A stretch of 64,000 nucleotides of DNA from Rhynchobatus australiae. Lineage: Eukaryota. Under the pieces are notes generated by a model. The model did no database searches, was not told the DNA's origin, and worked only from the letters and a program-made list of their open reading frames with translations. This document shows, in pieces, positions 13,891 to 26,994 of the stretch. Location: assembly GCA_034780895.1 (NCBI GenBank), contig JAUZTB010000127.1, forward strand, positions 29,771,807 through 29,835,806, given 5' to 3'. Each line of letters starts with the position of its first letter. The first letter of the stretch is position 1. The position numbers and the translations under genes are program-made.

Positions 13891-15029
13891 AGTTTATGGA
13901 TCAGTAGATCTTTAGTCAAAGCTTGCCATCTGAAGAAGGTCACAAACATGATAACTTGTAAAACCAAATTTGAGCATTTTGTTTTCCCTCATTTCTCATT
14001 TTACTCCTTTAACCAATATTCATATTCTTTCTGTGTGAATATGTTATCCTAAACATGAAAGCTCTTTTATATAGTAACTTAATAAGTGTCTTTTGAAAAT
14101 CAAAATACATTACATCCACAGCCTTCCCTTTATCATTTCTATAATTCTATTACATATATTCTGACAACACTATTTATTAGATTTAGCAAATGCAATTACC
14201 CTTCCATAAAGACAAGTCGGCTCTGACTAACCATATCATTATTTTTAAATTGACCTGTTATTCTGTTCTTAATCTGTGCTGTTAGTTCTATTAGATGCCA
14301 AGGATGTAGGCCCAACTACTAAACTGTCAGTCCCATTAAATCCTCCAGTACTTTTCCTTTACTAATATTCATTAAGTTCCTCACACACATTAGACCATTT
14401 ATCTGTTACATCTGGTGTGATTATTTTCTGCCTATGATGACAGATATAAAATATATATAAACATTGCAGTTATTTCTTTATTCCTCCTAATTTCTCTCAA
14501 CTTTGCTTCTAAGGGACCTACTTAACTTTTCTGATGTTCCATCATTTATGGCAGAATCTCTTGGAATCTGTTTTATGTGACAGTTTAATTGTATACATCA
14601 TTTTTTTTTACTCTTATTAAGTTCATTGCTTTCAAAATTCAGCCAATCTTCAGCTTTATTAATCATTTTTGCAATACGATGATACTGCTATCATTAGCCT
14701 TTCGTTAGCTGTGAATGAATCAGTTTCCTGTGGAGTTCTATCTCTCATTGACATCCATATCTCTTAAGAATTATGAAAACTATTGACTATCTATTATTAT
14801 ACCATTTAATCAATTTTTCAAATTTGCCTTAGCAAGTGCACCTTTAACCTTTCATATCTCCAATACCCATGTAAATATTGAAATGTAAATCTCTTGTTTC
14901 TGTTAGCTGTTGTCATATTATTATTACTTTTCCTTGGAGGATTCCTTACCATGAGATTAAATTAATTTTTCATTGCACAAGACACAGTCTAGAATATTTT
15001 GGTCCTTGGTAGGCTTCAAGAACAGGAAA

Positions 15030-15150
15030 TTGCCTTGAACGCTGCTTATATGATTCTGCGTGCCTATAATGCTGCTGCAAGTAAGTTTTTCATTGTACAT
15101 GTGCGTACAGGTACTTGTGCATATGACGATAAACTCAACTTGTACTTGAC
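15030..15150 (+). mobile_element. Non-LTR retroposon 3' tail (Rex/Babar-like)
   Basis: gctgctgcaagtaagtttttcattg...atgacgataaactcaacttg with a short-repeat tail. Confidence 0.45.
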
Positions 15151-16821
15151 TAGTACTTGTAAATTCTTCTTGCTTTGAGCTTCTTGCTTTGCTTAATTCT
15201 ATTGATACAAGTAAAGGGTCTTCTGTATCCTTGCAATTACCTATTGCCATAAATACTGATTCTGGTGCTAATCTTCTGAGCCAAGTTCCTTCCTCACCAA
15301 TGTACTTCTATTAAGAGTACATCCATTCCCTTGTTTTTGTCTCTGCTTTTCAATGTATCAAATTTGTTGGAAATTTAGTTTCCAACATTAATCCCCATGA
15401 AACTATATTATGATGTTGATGTTCATTAGCAATACATAATTTTTGCATATGCCAAAATGGCAAAAATGTTTATAAGTTTACATAAAGGCTTTCAAATTAC
15501 TATGTATCTTTACTGACAATGGACATTTAAATATATCCAAAATTATGATCACATTTTGAAGGCAGTTAAAAGGCATTTGAATAATGTTTTTACAGAGTTA
15601 TAAACAGCAATTACATTGTTAACCATGAACCTTCAAGTTCAATGAAATGGCAGAATAATTATGACTGTTATCTTTACAATGTAGGCAATAAAGTGCGAAA
15701 AGAAGCTGGATCCTTGTACTGTGAAAGGAAATGATGCTGAGATCATCTCATTTACAAATATTGCTTGTGGCATTAATTCTCTCTCATTAACAGTTTTAGC
15801 ATTACTTCAGTGACTCTTTCTCTCCTCCTTGCATTGTTTGTACATAACTGGTAGCTCTCCATATTGCTCAGGAAGTTAAGATCATCTGCCTTGATAAGCT
15901 GTTGGTGTCTCTGAAGGTGTATGAGTCAGATGGTTCATGACATCCCAAGAGCATTTTGTTTATGTACTTTGTTGGGGTTAAAACAACCTGTCTTAATTAA
16001 ATTACTTTTTTTTAAAAAGAAAAAACTGTTGGGTATTGACTGGAACTCAGAATCAACAACAAGAAGTCATATTTATACAACTCTTTTAACACGGAAAACA
16101 AGGAGCATTGTTGGAGTTAGCCATAAATTGGCATTACGCCAAGGAGGGAAAACTGAGGGTGACTAACAGCATGGTCACTGAAATAGGTTTTGAGGAGGGT
16201 TGTTGAAATTCAGGAGAGCGAGGATAGAATGGGACTTTTGCACTGTGTTCCAACTTAGATTCAATTACAATACAATGACTTCAGTAGAATTGATGATCAG
16301 CCTTGTTGTATAGCAGTCAATGAATGTGATTCTGGCTGTCTTACTTTTCTGTCCACATGCAGACATAACAACCTTTGAAGGCTGAAAGGGTTATAAAAGA
16401 AGCATTACAAATCAAGTTAGATTTAACATCACTGGGAACATGGATCAATTAACTAAATGGAAATGTGCCCTCAGCCTTTAGCGTAAAATTGCATTGCCTG
16501 CAATAAAATAGAGAGCAGAACAAATGCTTCCTATACAAAGGCCAATATCAAATCAGGGTTGATAATAAAATGAGCTGTGTGTACTTCGTGTATCTGTGGA
16601 GATTGGGGTAGATTGGGTTAGTGTGGTTAAGGTTATAGGTCAGGTTGCATTTCTGAAGCTGCACCATTTTAACCAGACCAAAAGGAAAAAAAATCACACA
16701 CGTTGTGAAGGTGGCATCGGCATGAATGGGCTGCCCTGGGGTTGTGACTGCACCCGATAATTTTCCTGTCTAAAAATCCATTGTTTTTTGAATCCATTCC
16801 TTTCTGTGTTTTCTTCTGTAG

Positions 16822-16932
16822 ATGGTAGTTTTGATGGATCCAACAGAAGATCCAGATGACATCTTGCGAGCTAATCGGTCCCGTGAAAGAACATTTATGT
16901 TTGACATGGTGTTTGATGACACTTCCACCCAG
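16822..16932 (+). CDS. KIF19: KIF19-family kinesin-8, exon equivalent to human exon 3 (motor N-part)
   Basis: Polypyrimidine ...ttcttctgtag acceptor, gtattc donor. 111 bp encoding MVVLMDPTEDPDDILRANRSRERTFMFDMVFDDTSTQ, closely matching KIF19 MVVLMDPMEDPDDILRAHRSREKSYLFD. Confidence 0.95.
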
Positions 16933-19000
16933 GTATTCTACCAGCAATTTTGAAACAAATGTTAGTTGTTACATCGCCAAAACTTTGCAGTTCGTAAGCT
17001 GTGGCTTAAGAGAAAAAAAGAGCTTTACCTTTGTTTCTTCAATATAATATTGTTAAGCAAAGGATAACCTTTTAAACTGTTATTGTCCTTGGTTTCTAAG
17101 ATCATGTTAAAAATAATTGCAAATTGGTGCTGAAGCAGTTTCATTGAATCAATTTTCTTCAGAAATTAATTGGAGATCATGGATGTCAGCACCTGGCAAC
17201 GTGAAATGTTTGCACTCTTTGTCAGATAAGTTTCAATGCAACAATGCCTCTTTGTTCCAAGGTCCTATTGCAACAGAACCATGCTTGTAATTACACACCA
17301 TGAATCTTGATGGCCTCTTTGAGATAGGCTGTCAATTAGTGCAGATGTTGTCGGTTTCGTGTCCATTAGAACTGGGACTGAGGCTCGAACTTATTGCCCT
17401 TGTGACCCAGATATCCATCAGAGCCAAGACCTTCAATTCCAGCAGTCTGCATTAGATTTCTAATTCAGTCCCTTGAGCTGCCTTGTGTATGGTTATTGAG
17501 CAACAGGTTAGAATTGCATATCTTGGTTCTGGATCCACTTAATGGCTTCACTAAACCTATATTGAACTGAAGGATTGCCTGGTTCTGATCAAGAAAACAA
17601 GATCTAAACCATGATCTGATTGGCAGAGCTGCAACAAAATAATTTGTTTTATAGGTGTTTAGACTGGAGACGAGGTCAGTCTGTCACCCTCTTCACCTAC
17701 AATGTAAGGGTGACAATAAGTTTAATCACCTGTTGCAAGGATAGTTTCTGGCTGTCAGTGCTATTTTAAAGGTTTACTTATTCATCTCCATTTACCAATA
17801 ATTTGGCGATCTCATTGGCGATCAATGAGAGAAAAACATAACTGCAAAGTTGGAAGTTCTTTTGTAAGAGTGATCTTAATATGAGTTGAGAGTTCAACAC
17901 TGCATCTGTGTAATGCACTTTCAGATTGTATTTTAATAATGCATTAAAATTTACAACTTGTCNNNNNNNNNNNNNNNNNNNNNNNNNNNNNNNNNNNNNN
18001 NNNNNNNNNNNNNNNNNNNNNNNNNNNNNNNNNNNNNNNNNNNNNNNNNNNNNNNNNNNNNNNNNNNNNNNNNNNNNNNNNNNNNNNNNNNNNNNNNNNN
18101 NNNNNNNNNNNNNNNNNNNNNNNNNNNNNNNNNNNNNNNNNNNNNNNNNNNNNNNNNNNNNNNNNNNNNNNNNNNNNNNNNNNNNNNNNNNNNNNNNNNN
18201 NNNNNNNNNNNNNNNNNNNNNNNNNNNNNNNNNNNNNNNNNNNNNNNNNNNNNNNNNNNNNNNNNNNNNNNNNNNNNNNNNNNNNNNNNNNNNNNAATCT
18301 TTGCTAGAGAGCTGATGAACTTGTCCTCCTGGATACTGTATGTAAGTGAACCATTCTGGGAAAGAGTGAAATAACTTGTGCACTCTCCCATATATATAAA
18401 TAGGAGAGTGCACAAGACCAGTATCTAGTCAGAACATTCTTCACAGCTTGACAAAGGCCTGAGAACAGATGGTTTTGGAACATGTTGGAAGTGATGAGTC
18501 ACCAGCTTGAGTGTAATACCAGAATGTAGAGGAGGTTGCAGGAAAGGCCAAAGTTGAGATGGAGGGGCTATGTATTGAAAGCCTTTAATGCAAGCACGTC
18601 ATTGAATAGTCAGAGGAGAAAATGATGATGAAGCTTTTATCATTTCATACCTGAAATCCCTTCCTTTGATAAGCAGTATTAGATTTATATATTTATTGAA
18701 TAAAACAAACTAAAATTCCATGATAGGGAAAATATTCAAACATTTATTTGTATTTACATCTCAAAGATGATGGATTTGTACTGCTATACTTTTAATGAGT
18801 GTAAAATAAATNNNNNNNNNNNNNNNNNNNNNNNNNNNNNNCTTGGTGTGCTTGATGTTGATATTGAGAGCCCAGTGAGATAATTTCCATTTTTTCCAAA
18901 ACATTCTAAAAATTCCAAGAACCCTTTAAAGTCTGGTTGGCATAAAAACTGATTTCTTTGTTACTGCAGATATGAAAACTCTTTTGTCCATTGCTTTTAG

Positions 19001-19088
19001 GAGGATGTTTATTTGGCCACTACAAAGGATCTGATTAAAGGTGTCATTTCTGGATACAATGCTACGGTGTTTGCGTATGGACCTACAG
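19001..19088 (+). CDS. KIF19: KIF19-family exon (human exon 4 equivalent), start of P-loop
   Basis: ttttag acceptor; 88 bp, EDVYLATTKDLIKGVISGYNATVFAYGPT(G); phase-1 donor gtggtg. Confidence 0.95.
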
Positions 19089-19179
19089 GTGGTGTGGCAA
19101 CTCATTTTCAAACATAGTTTAGACTCATAATTTATTTATTTGAAGTTCAGTTCTGTTGCGCTATGTTTTCACATACCAA

Positions 19180-19370
19180 GGTGTTTTTGTTTGAAGAAAG
19201 AGTAATATATGGAACTCTAGAATAATATTGTGGGGTCTTTGAAATCCAACCTCCGCCTTATCTAAGGGCAGCATCTCTGAGAATGAATCAAATAAAATGT
19301 TAGCCTGGACGATCTATTCAAGCCCTGGAGTGGGTTTAGAATCCATGACTCAGATAACCAAGCTGAACTA
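19180..19370 (-). mobile_element. DeuSINE-type SINE fragment
   Basis: Reverse-complement similarity to the copy at 53461-53860 (ctggagtgggtttagaatcc head region). Confidence 0.5.
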
Positions 19371-19942
19371 AAATGATACCGGGAGGCCGTGAAAGGGAAA
19401 ATTTAATCACAAGCGATAGATCATTAGAATGGAAAAGGAGACTCAGTGGCTTTGGTCTGTTTGGAACCATTTATCCTGATGCATGAAACAACATGACTAC
19501 ATGGGACAGGCTGGTAGGACCATTGAATCTCCAGCCCCACACTTCTGAATGCTTGGGTAACTAAGACTAATTAGAAGAAGGTGTTAATTAATAGGAAATC
19601 TGGCATCCAGGTAGGGGAACAATGAGAATGTAGTTTCCTGAAAACATGGTTGATGTCATCCTTTCATCTGCCAAAGAACATAACAAAATATACGTCAGTC
19701 TTTTGGGAAAATACACTCTAGTCCATCTTTGGAATCCTGGAATTCATTTATCTCTTTATGAGACTAGGTCTTACCCATCCTATAAGAAATCTGTCTTCCA
19801 TTTGATCATGGTGATCACCAACCATGTTTGGTGCTTACATTATGGACAAGGTCGCTGCCTGAAAATCTGGACAGCTTATTATTACAGGCAAGTGAACTGG
19901 TGGCAAATGATGGAAATTTATACAAGCCTTTATTTCATACAG

Positions 19943-20079
19943 GAGCTGGTAAAACCTACACCATGCTTGGAATGGACTGCAAACCTGGAATCTATGTCCA
20001 AACTCTGAATGATCTATTCAAGGCAATCGAAGCCACAAGTGAAAACATGCTTTATAATGTTTCGATGTCTTACTTGGAG
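19943..20079 (+). CDS. KIF19: KIF19-family exon (exon 5 equivalent), P-loop completion
   Basis: 137 bp, (G)AGKTYTMLGMDCKPGIYVQTLNDLFKAIEATSENMLYNVSMSYLE; ag/gtaaat boundaries; phase consistent with previous exon. Confidence 0.96.
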
Positions 20080-20710
20080 GTAAATCTAAAGTAAATTAAT
20101 CAGAATTTTTTGGTGGATAGAACTTCAGTGACACTGTTATTAAATGCAAATGTATTTGTCAGGCAGAAAAGGTAGGTCCCATGTTTGATTTCTCTGTTAG
20201 CCAGCTGCTGTATTTGTCCTGAGCACCGCCTAGCTGAGGGAAGCTGGGATTCCCCCTCCTGCTGTACGTGTGCAAGCTGGACGACTGCAGGATGAGGACT
20301 AACTGCAGTGCCCCCCAGGCAGAATGCATTGTTTGAGCTAATACACGAAGAAAAGCATCTTGAAATTTGCACTGAAATGTGAGTTTATCGCTCAGTGTGG
20401 TTGAAAAATTCAACATATTTGAAAATGCTGGCCAATAGCAGTGGTTCATTGCAGCAGTGGTAGCTAGTACTTTCTGGGAGTTAGAAAGGGAGACAGATGC
20501 TTATCGAAATGAAGATTTTTTTACTCTCAGCTCTTGTCATTAAATGTTAGTGTAGAAATTTGTTCATGGTTGCTTGCACTTAATAGCATGTATTAGCATC
20601 CGTACTTGATGCTCTGATTTCAAAATTTGTTTCTATTGACTTCAATTTCTATTGCATTTGCATGTTTAGCGCAAGCAGGCAAGGACTAATGTCTTTTCAG
20701 ATATGATTAG

Positions 20711-20991
20711 TGTTACGAACCAGCAACAAAAGAAACACACTGAGTCATATATCAGTGTTAGAAACTACTTTATTAATAACTACTTATGATAATAAGAAAA
20801 ATAAAAGTAAAAATGTTAGAATGTTAGAAGNNNNNNNNNNNNNNNNNNNNNNNNNNNNNNNNNNNNNNNNNNNNNNNNNNNNNNNNNNNNNNNNNNNNNN
20901 NNNNNNNNNNNNNNNNNNNNNNNNNNNNNNGTTGCTCCACAGATTCACAGGTGACGTTATCCACACAAATTTATATATATATATGGCAACA
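20711..20991 (-). mobile_element. LTR-like element (solo LTR candidate, gap inside)
   Basis: Bounded by TGTTACG...CAACA; minus strand reads AATAAA...gctggttcgtaaca, like an LTR 3' end. Confidence 0.5.
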
Positions 20992-21044
20992 TATCATCCC
21001 TTCAAATTAAAGTGCCTTATAACAAATGAATTAACTTGGACTGC

Positions 21045-21360
21045 AGTTATTATTGTGTAGGTATTGCAGCAGCCTACTGATACATTATGGTCCCATAAAT
21101 ATTGAATATATAAATGAGCAGATAAATTTGATGATGTTGGTTGAAGAATAATGTTGAACAATGTTCTGGCAGAATTGTCTACTTTTCTTTTCATGATGTT
21201 ATGAGATTTTTTTATGCTACTTGTACAGATCAGGCTCAAGATAAACTCTTGAAGAAGATGACTCCAACAATTCACCATTCCTATAACCTTGCACTGAGTT
21301 TATTGCTCAGTGTGCTTTAAATGTATAATGCATTCCAAAATGCTAGCTGATACCACTGGT
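21045..21360 (-). mobile_element. DeuSINE-type SINE, decayed
   Basis: gatgttggttgaagaataatgttg...ttatgagatttttttatg is the reverse complement of the Deu-domain core seen at 5335-5652. Confidence 0.5.
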
Positions 21361-22118
21361 TCATGGAATAGGTCATATGCAAGTGAGCTTGAATTTCAAC
21401 TTGGTAAAATTAAGGCAATTTTGAGCACAGTTTGTAGCCAAGTCACCAACTGAGCCCTAAGAAGAAACCACTACTCAGATGTTCTGCTCATCAAAAACGT
21501 TAGTAAAATTGTGAAGGGAAATAAAATCTGGCCAGGAAATAAAAGTTAACACAATCTGAACTTCTAATTTCTAATCATAGATTGGATTTAGTGAGCAGGT
21601 TATTTTGGTTTCATGTTTTCAGTTCACTTTATTTTTAGTGCTAGCTGAATTCATTAACTTTACAAGCATCTTAATTTCAAAATCAGCAGGNNNNNNNNNN
21701 NNNNNNNNNNNNNNNNNNNNNNNNNNNNNNAGAAACAAAGTAAAAGCGAGAGAAAGAACAGAAAGTGTGGGAGAGAAGGAAGGAGACCATCTCCATCTAA
21801 TGCTGATGTGCATTACTGGATACCTGTCAGGAGGTGGCCCTGGTTGATTGAACCTTCCCTAGCTCAGGTATACTAAAGTCCACTATCACCTAATATTGCA
21901 CCCGTTATGGATCAAACCTAGTACCTTCCAGGTTTTACAGTTCAGTCCAAAGGGATCTGTGTAGCTCTGGAATGAAGTTTAAAATTTAATCCATTCTCTT
22001 ATCTCAAAACACCTGCTGTGTTGAAGCCAAAGTAGAGCAATAATAAGTGGTTACGAATGTGCAATTAGTAATGGTGTTGATGAATTGCACAGTTTCCCAA
22101 TTTTCTTTTTCATTTCAG

Positions 22119-22244
22119 ATTTATAATGAAATGATCCGTGACCTCTTGAACCCTTCCTCGGGGTTTCTGGATTTGAGGGAAGACTCCAGGGGTGAGATCC
22201 AGATAGCTGGAATCACAGAATTCTCAACCAGCAATGCAATGGAG
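22119..22244 (+). CDS. KIF19: KIF19-family exon (exon 6 equivalent)
   Basis: tttcag acceptor; 126 bp, IYNEMIRDLLNPSSGFLDLREDSRGEIQIAGITEFSTSNAME; gtacag donor. Confidence 0.96.
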
Positions 22245-22832
22245 GTACAGCTCTTAAAGTCATAGTTGCAACAGGCACAAAGACAAACAGAGCTAGAAAA
22301 GTACCAACCTCAGTAGACTTTCACCATGTTCAACAAGCCTTTGGACTAGAGAAGCCAGAATGGAAAAGAAGAGCATGTAGTTAAGCTTGAAATTGGCTTT
22401 CCAGTAAAAACATTTTATTGATTCAAAGTTAGGCAGCACCTGTGTGATGCCACGGTTTTAAGTACAGAGCAAATTGGTGTTTCATCCAACACATGCCTGT
22501 GTCATTGGTTGCCATTGCTGACATTCAGATCATTAATGGTATATCCCAAGCACCAACCACTGTTGGCATTGGTGCCACAGATGCTGATTAGGAAGCCTGC
22601 ATTGACACTTCTGCCACACGTCATGCCAGAAGCCATATTGATGCAGGTGTTAGGGAGTACACAGCTGATGTCTGCCAAAACTATGCAGAGAGCAGGTAAA
22701 CAATGTTAATTACAGTGCACCTCTGATTAAATGCCAGCCTGCCATTTTGGAATATCTGTTAAGCAGCAGGAAGTTCCCCAGCCAGTGCTATTTAAATAGA
22801 TCATCCACAATTACTTTTTGGTTGAATCCTCT

Positions 22833-22980
22833 TGTTACGGAATAGGACTATTAGTGAAGTTCCTTTAAGATTGTGTGTGTGTGGCATGTTTATGTCAGCA
22901 GAAGATAAAGAACGTCATGACGTTGTTGTTGAAACAACCAGTGGGAGCCAGTCTGAAGGAAAGAGAGACACAAGAAGAAC

Positions 22981-23014
<34 letters not shown>

Positions 23015-23268
23015 AGAACAAGAGAGGGAGAGAGAGAGAGACACCAGCCTGCTTGTTTTCTTTGTCGATGGATGAGAAACAATAACTGTGACTGTCACTG
23101 CAATCCACGTATGGATTGTTGAGAGTAATCCGGTGGAGTNNNNNNNNNNNNNNNNNNNNNNNNNNNNNNNNNNNNNNNNNNNNNNNNNNNNNNNNNNNNN
23201 NNNNNNNNNNNNNNNNNNNNNNNNNNNNNNNNNNNNNNNCATCCATCGACAGAGAAAACAAGCAGGCT

Positions 23269-23319
<51 letters not shown>

Positions 23320-23480
23320 CTCTCGCTCTCTCTCGCTCCTCTTGTGTCTCTTTCCTTCAGACTGACTCCGGCTGGTTGTTTCAACAACAATGTCATGACG
23401 TTCTTTATCTTCTGTTGACATAAGCATGCCACACACACACAATCTTAAAGGAACCTCACTAATATTCCTAGTCCATAACG
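22833..23480. repeat. Inverted pair of LTR-like sequences with (GA)n/(TC)n, flanking a 100-N gap
   Basis: 22833-23074 and the reverse complement of 23240-23480 align over about 240 bp at roughly 90% identity by eye; left arm starts TGTTACGG. Confidence 0.9.
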
Positions 23481-25187
23481 GTTGGTACAATTGCATCCAT
23501 CTGCTATTTTCAACAGTTGTTTCTATTTGCCAACGTCTTTAGGGAGTGGTGTGTCAAGTGCTGAAGGACTTTGTCCTGTCTTCAATATTTCCGCATAAAA
23601 TATCCCCTGGGAATAGAGCAGGATTGGGAGAGAGCATGGGGGTGGGGGGTTGCTACTGGATGGAATGAATGGGAGGTATTTAGCAGAATGTCATGTCTGC
23701 CCAACTTGTTCAGGGAGTTACTATCCTACTGAAACCTTAGTGAGGAACAATGATGGAATATCTGCACTTCAATAAGGACATCCTTATTGAAATGTGCCAA
23801 CAGCTGAAAAGTCAGTGGAGCAGGGACTGCATTGTCAGTGGCTGCTAAAGTTACTGTTGCAAATAATATGTGTAAGTTTGGCTGGAGCTGAAGATATTTG
23901 CAGTCTATCATCATTTGCCCTTGACTGAAAGGAGATCTCTCAGACTCTCTATTCAGACATTTCATTCTTTTATGCCAGAGGCGAGTTGTCAGAGAGAAAA
24001 GACAGCTTTGTTAGAACTGCAGGCTTTTTCATGGTGCAATCACTGGCCCAGTGGCTTCTCCACAACAGGTTATGTGGGTGCCACGTGTACTGGCACTGAT
24101 ACCACTTTCATAATGCACTGCTGTATGAACAAACACATTGAACCAAATGGTTTAATGCCCGGTACCCTGGCTGTCATGATGCCTTCATGTGGCAATGGTG
24201 TGCCAGCTGTATTTTAACCATCATGATAAAACAAGAACTGGCTTCTTGGGCAGCAAGATTACCCAATGAAAGCATGGCTAATGATTGTAAACTATATGTT
24301 AGATGTATATAATGAAAAAATGTTGCACGCCCTTTCCCTTCTGGAGGAATGGCTTTTGGACCTAATGGGAGCAATTTCAACCATTGCATTACAGTTGCTT
24401 TTCCTTACATAAAGAACATGTTGTTCTCCGCTAGTTTGTGTTTTATCAGAGGAGAAAACAATCTACTGCTTATTTCAAAGCACCCAATATTTTGCTCTGC
24501 TGACTTTAATAAGAATATAAAGTTCCCTCAATGCAGCTTTCTGTCAGGTTGTGACATGATTTTTTTAATCATTCTTGTCTTTCACATTGTGGAATGTCTT
24601 CATTTTCAAAAGATGCTGAATCTACCTTGAATTCAGTGTGACGGTAGCACATCCATGTAATAGCCCTGTGATTATTATTTACTGCTGAATAAAGTCCTTG
24701 AATTATTGTAAGCCAGTGAATCTGAGCGCCCAGCAATACACTACTAAACAATAGTCTTTAGTCCATGCTTACCTGCATATTCTAGTTAACAAGTGGCTCA
24801 TTAGTCTGGAGAGTATGGAGCTGCACTGAATGAAAGTGCTGCAGAGTTTCAACAGATTACTTGAATTTTATCATTCTTGGTTGAAGTGTTCAGCAGAGCA
24901 GGGGGCAGAACTGGCAAAATATCCATACATATTACATGTGAGAAAACAACTTACTAAGCCCTGAGCAGAAAATCGAGGTCTGTTCCCAGCCTATGTTGAG
25001 TTAGCTCATTCTTTCCTGTGCTGGTAGGAATGCCATAATTAGTGCCCTGAGCTGAGAGAGGAAACAGATAACCAGTGTCTTTCAGAGGAGACATTAAATT
25101 AAGGCTCCGGTTGGAAGGACATAGAAAGTATTCCATTCAAGGAAGAGGTGTTAGACTCATAGAGGTGTAGCAGGCACGGTAGTGTAG

Positions 25188-25490
25188 GGGCAGGCACGGT
25201 AGCGTAGCAGTTAGTGTAACGCTATTACAGTGCCAGCAAACCAGGTTCAATTCCGGCCGCTCTCTGTAAGGAGTTTGTATGTTCTTCCTGTGTCTGTGTG
25301 GGTTTCCTCCGGGTGCTCCGGTTTCCTCCTGCATTCCAAAGATGTACAGGTTAGGAAGTTGTGGGCGTGCTATGTTGGCGCCGGAAGCGTGGCGACACTT
25401 GTGGGCTGCCCCCAGGACACTTTTCGCAAAAGATGCATTTCTCTGTGTGTTTCAATGTACATGTGACTAATAAAGATACTTTATCTTATT
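25188..25490 (+). mobile_element. tRNA-derived V-SINE, near full length
   Basis: A-box-like TAGCGTAGCAG, B-box GGTTCAATTCC, V-domain gtgggtttcctccgggtgctccggtttcctcc, tail atgtgactaataaa. Confidence 0.85.
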
Positions 25491-26629
25491 GTCCAGTTTG
25501 GTAATGCAATGTTACCCTATGAGCATTCAATGAGACTGAAGAGTCAACGATTTTGTACATCCTGCAGCCCAGGGAGATGATTGTTGCACCTCAGAGTCCG
25601 TGGCTTCTGACCTGATTTGGGCTGTTTTCAAACTATGCATCATGGAATCACTTCATCAGTGGTCTCAGAGATGAGCAGTTTCAGTTAGAGCACCTTGATT
25701 GGCTGGAGCTGGATTTTGGAACCCCTAGCAGAATTGTGAAGTCGATGGAGATGGCACTGAGGGGCAGGTGGGGAAGGACTGGCTCCCCACAGTGTGCAGC
25801 AGGGCTCAGTCTGTGCATGCCAGAAGACACACAAATAAAGTCAGTGGGAGATCCCTGGATCACCAGCATGCAAAGCACAGGGAGCCATGGTCTCAGTGCC
25901 AGGACAAGTTCAGGTGTGCACCAGGCTCCTCCAGAGAAGCTCATTCTCCTGCCCAACAGAAAGGGAAACACAGTGCCACATGTAGGAAAGGTTGGCAGGA
26001 GAGTTCAAAAACCAAAGTTGATGCTCTGGGAATCTGTTAGAAGGCAGGAAGAGAAAGTGGTGCAGCAGGTGTCAGAGGTGCCCAGATACAACAATGCTAA
26101 TCCAAGGCCTCAAAGAGTTCACACACAATGGTAACTATTCAACACTTAGCAGCAAAGGGGAAGACCATCCTGCTGTGAAGGCCACCTTCATGGTGAACAG
26201 TCACAAACTGAGGCCATTATGGCTGTATAAGGCTCAGTGTTGGATCTGATACATTTCATCTGACGTTCACCAGGATACTGCTGATCAATGGCAACATTTC
26301 TTGGGGGATCTTTGAAAACCTTTGGAGAAATAACATGTACAGTTTGTCACAATAGAATGGGATTCAGCTACTATTGTTTGTCCAAACTACATGCAACAAC
26401 CAATATTATTGGGCAGTCACTGGCTGAGAAAGTTTTTCTTGGAACTTCTGCTGTACACACAGTATATTCAGGACTCAGTGGACTTATAATACTGTGTGAC
26501 AAACCTATTCAAAGGTTCATAAAGTGGTATCATTGGCCATGATGCCCACATTCACATCTGCCAGGCTGCTAAGCCCGTCTACTGCCAGCCTTGAGCAGTG
26601 CTCAATGCTCAATGTCCTTAAGTCACAGA

Positions 26630-26768
26630 TGGAAGATAGAACAGTACAGCACAGCACAGGCCCTTCAGCCAAAATGTTGTGCCGACATAGCTAATCCCTC
26701 CTACCTACAGAATGCCCATATCCCTTCATTTTCCTCTCATTCATGTGCCCATCCAAGCCCCTCTTAAA
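26630..26768 (-). mobile_element. CR1 3'UTR end
   Basis: acagtacagcacag...ggcccttcagcc, same terminus as the copy at 7113. Confidence 0.7.
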
Positions 26769-26868
26769 NNNNNNNNNNNNNNNNNNNNNNNNNNNNNNNN
26801 NNNNNNNNNNNNNNNNNNNNNNNNNNNNNNNNNNNNNNNNNNNNNNNNNNNNNNNNNNNNNNNNNNNN

Positions 26869-26985
26869 TGTGGGCACCGGAAGCATGGTGATACTTGCAG
26901 CCTGCCCCCGGAACACTCTACGCAAAAAGATACATTTCACTGTGTGTTTCGATGTACATGTCTAATGAAGATGTCTTGTCTTATA
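26869..26985 (+). mobile_element. 3' part of a second V-SINE copy
   Basis: Aligns by eye to 25375-25490 (ccggaagcatggtg...cgcaaaaagatacatttcactgtgtgtttcgatgtacatg). Confidence 0.8.
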
Positions 26986-26994
26986 TATAAAAAA

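Noticed and set aside
16120-16166. KLALRQ as a possible KIF19 exon 2 (VALRVRP)
   Set aside because: No RP motif, no acceptor, an early stop, and it lies in an L2-like repeat tail.
22832-23496. RERERE / SLSLSL ORFs
   Set aside because: Translations of (GA)n/(TC)n microsatellites within the LTR-like arms.
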